Positions 45,596 through 47,586 of a DNA stretch of 47,586 nt are shown in pieces. The notes beneath the pieces were generated by a model. That model did no database searches. It was not told where the DNA came from and worked only from the letters and a program-made list of their open reading frames with translations. Every line of letters starts with the position of its first letter. Within the stretch, counting starts at the first letter, position 1. The translations under genes were made by a program, and so were the position numbers. The DNA is from a virus (lineage: Duplodnaviria > Caudoviricetes): positions 1 to 47,586 of IMG/VR virus record IMGVR_UViG_3300048575_000449; one strand, 5' to 3'.

Positions 45596-46411
45596 ATGGC
45601 GACCTGGACCTACGACGAGGCACTGCGGCGCCTGCTCGCGCACGAGGGCGGCTACACCAACCATCCGTCCGATCCGGGCGGGCCGACCAATTTCGGCATC
45701 ACGATTCACGATTACCGCAAGTACATAAAGCCGAACGCCACGGCCGCCGACGTGCGCGCCATGCGGGTCGACCAGGCGAAGGCAATCTATCGCGCCAAGT
45801 ACTGGAATGCGCAGCGCTGCGATGAGCTTCCCGCAGGCGTCGACTATTCGGTGTTCGATTACGGCGTGAACTCCGGCATCGGACGTTCGGGCAAGGTTCT
45901 GCGTCGCGTCATCGGGCTCCCGGACACCACGCATGTCGTGACCGATGAAGTCCTCCGCGCGGTAGCCAAGCGCGATCCGAAAGCGCTGGTAACCGCAATC
46001 AACGACGAGCGGCTCGCATTTCTCAAGCGCCTAAAGACCTGGCCTGTATTCGGCAAGGGCTGGAGCACGCGCGTCGCTGGCGTCCGATCGGTGAGCCTGC
46101 GCATGGCGACCGAAAGGGTTCCGTCCCCGTCGATCGTACCCGATGCAGCGCCCGTGCCCGGCAAGGGCGAGGTGCCGGCACCCACCGCCGCAAAGAACGT
46201 GATCGTCGGCACCGGTACCGCCGCGCCGGTCGCTGCCGGCGGCGGGTTTTGGGCCTGGGTTGCCGCTCATCCGTGGGAGACCGCCGCGATCGGCTGCGGC
46301 GTCATCGTGATCGTCGGCGGATCGATCTACGCGCTGCACCGCTGGCACCAGCACCGGCAGGAAGCGGCGATCCCCGAGACACCGCTGGTCTCCGAGACCA
46401 CCACACCTTGA
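45596..46411 (+). CDS. Endolysin, glycoside hydrolase family 108, with a C-terminal hydrophobic segment
   Basis: HEGGYTNHPSDPGGPTNFGIT, VFDYGVNSG, FGKGWSTRV; GGAGGAGG SD. Confidence 0.9.
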   Translation: MATWTYDEALRRLLAHEGGYTNHPSDPGGPTNFGITIHDYRKYIKPNATAADVRAMRVDQAKAIYRAKYWNAQRCDELPAGVDYSVFDYGVNSGIGRSGKVLRRVIGLPDTTHVVTDEVLRAVAKRDPKALVTAINDERLAFLKRLKTWPVFGKGWSTRVAGVRSVSLRMATERVPSPSIVPDAAPVPGKGEVPAPTAAKNVIVGTGTAAPVAAGGGFWAWVAAHPWETAAIGCGVIVIVGGSIYALHRWHQHRQEAAIPETPLVSETTTP

Positions 46412-46427
46412 AAAACAGGAGAAATCC

Positions 46428-46817
46428 ATGCTGACGCTGATCTTGATGGCCGCAACGTTCGTTGCGGTCTACTGGTTCTGGATTCGACCCGTGCTGCGGT
46501 CGCGTCCTGCATTTGGCGATCTCTACGAGAAGGAGGAGAGTTTCTTCAGGGCGTTGCGCGAGAAGGTCAAGGGCATCAAGCAGAAGCTCTCATCCGCTCT
46601 CGTGGTCGCCGTGAGCGCCGCGGTGGCCGCTTATGACTTCCTCGCCCCCGCAATCTCAGGTGTGGACGTGAGCTTGCTCGCCGCCCACGTGCCGCCGTGG
46701 GCATGGCCGCTGATTCTCATCTCGGTCACCGCGCTCCTCCAGTTTCTCCGCAACCTCTCCGACAAACGGCACGAGGCAGAACTCGCCGAGGTTTCTGGCT
46801 CTTCCCGTGAGGAGTAG
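46428..46817 (+). CDS. Membrane protein (holin/antiholin candidate)
   Basis: Three hydrophobic segments; AGGAG SD; located in the lysis cassette. Confidence 0.6.
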   Translation: MLTLILMAATFVAVYWFWIRPVLRSRPAFGDLYEKEESFFRALREKVKGIKQKLSSALVVAVSAAVAAYDFLAPAISGVDVSLLAAHVPPWAWPLILISVTALLQFLRNLSDKRHEAELAEVSGSSREE

Positions 46818-46821
46818 CGCC

Positions 46822-47211
46822 ATGTGGAGCTGGCTTGCCACCCTGATCGGCGGGCCCGTCGTCAACGGGCTGATCAACGCCTACAAGGCCAAACTCGCGT
46901 CCGCGAACACGCAGGATCGCATCGCGGCCGATCTCGCTGCCAAGGAAATCGAGGCCGAGATCGAAGCGCGAAAGCAGGCAACTGCAATTCTGATCGCGGA
47001 GCAAGGACGCTGGTACACGGCCATCATCCGGCCGCTGCTCGCTCTGCCGATCATCATCTATTTCTGGAAGGTGATCGTGTGGGACAAGGTGCTTGGACTT
47101 GGCACCACCGACCCGATCACTGGAATGATCGCGGATTGGACCGGAATGATCCTAACCGCCTATGTCGGCGGGCGATCGATCGAGAAGGTCACGCGCATCC
47201 TGCGACGCTAA
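46822..47211 (+). CDS. Holin candidate (3TM GTA-holin-like)
   Basis: IIRPLL...YVGGRSIEK motif; GAGGAG SD. Confidence 0.7.
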   Translation: MWSWLATLIGGPVVNGLINAYKAKLASANTQDRIAADLAAKEIEAEIEARKQATAILIAEQGRWYTAIIRPLLALPIIIYFWKVIVWDKVLGLGTTDPITGMIADWTGMILTAYVGGRSIEKVTRILRR

Positions 47212-47235
47212 CAACGTTCACCCGGACACATCGAG

Positions 47236-47586
47236 ATGCCGAACAGACTGGACGAGATCAGCCGAGTCATCGGCAACATCGAAGCCGAAGTTCGGAATCT
47301 CTCCGCGTCGGTTGCCGACGTGCGCCGCTCTTCTGCGGAGCAGCACCGCGAAAGCCGCGAGAAGCTCGAAAACATCAGCCAGCGTGTCGAGAAGATCGAA
47401 GCGGACATGAAGCCGCTTGGAAAGACGGTTGCAACGATGGAGCCGATCGTGGCGGGCTACGCCATCACGCGGTGGAAGCTCGCCGGCGCGTTCGCCCTCG
47501 GCACTGCGATCATTACCTTGTTTGGATGGCTCGCGTCGCTGTTCACCGGCAAGATTGTATCGTGGCTCGCGTCGCTATTCCGGTGA
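47236..47586 (+). CDS. Coiled-coil protein with a C-terminal TM helix (DUF1515-like, lysis region)
   Basis: 116 aa; heptad-rich N-terminus and hydrophobic C-terminus. Confidence 0.6.
   Translation: MPNRLDEISRVIGNIEAEVRNLSASVADVRRSSAEQHRESREKLENISQRVEKIEADMKPLGKTVATMEPIVAGYAITRWKLAGAFALGTAIITLFGWLASLFTGKIVSWLASLFR

Larger units (their letters stand above)
93..47586. mobile_element. Temperate prophage (lambda-type head and packaging, GTA-type tail tip, serine integrase)
   Basis: Complete ordered set of integration, replication, packaging, head, tail and lysis genes; exact boundaries and att sites not determined. Confidence 0.95.

Noticed and set aside
1-47586. tRNA, rRNA or IS elements
   Set aside because: No cloverleaf, rRNA-like sequence, transposase or terminal inverted repeats were recognised by eye.

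Overview
The window is an apparently near-complete temperate siphovirus-type prophage from a high-GC host. The host is probably an alphaproteobacterium, inferred from a GTTC-N7-GTTC SOS box and GTA-type tail-tip genes. Gene order left to right: an HNH-like accessory gene; a leftward large serine recombinase operon (with DUF2924 and two small partners); a regulatory block (735-aa winged-HTH-tailed protein, Mu Com-like zinc ribbon, sigma-70/ECF-like factor); recombination and replication genes (AAA_24 ATPase, SSB-like protein, PD-(D/E)XK nuclease, RecD-like helicase, TOPRIM primase with an iteron array); a late regulator; a lambda-like cos site; two ParB-fused DNA methyltransferases; lambda-type packaging and head genes; a tail with a -1 frameshift chaperone and an RcGTA-like tip; and a lysis cassette. 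Four accessory inserts look like defence or addiction modules: an HNH-like nuclease, a DUF488 gene pair, a HEPN-like gene and higBA. The most interesting signal is a candidate repressor-less induction cascade. No CI/Cro switch is recognisable. A host LexA box covers the promoter of the regulatory block, phased 11-bp repeats precede com-sigma, and hairpins mask three translation starts. The same bipartite motif GATGTCCC-N18-GCTTTT sits upstream of both the recombinase operon and the replication operon. All protein family calls are from motif recognition and synteny by eye; no database searches were run, and att sites were not found.
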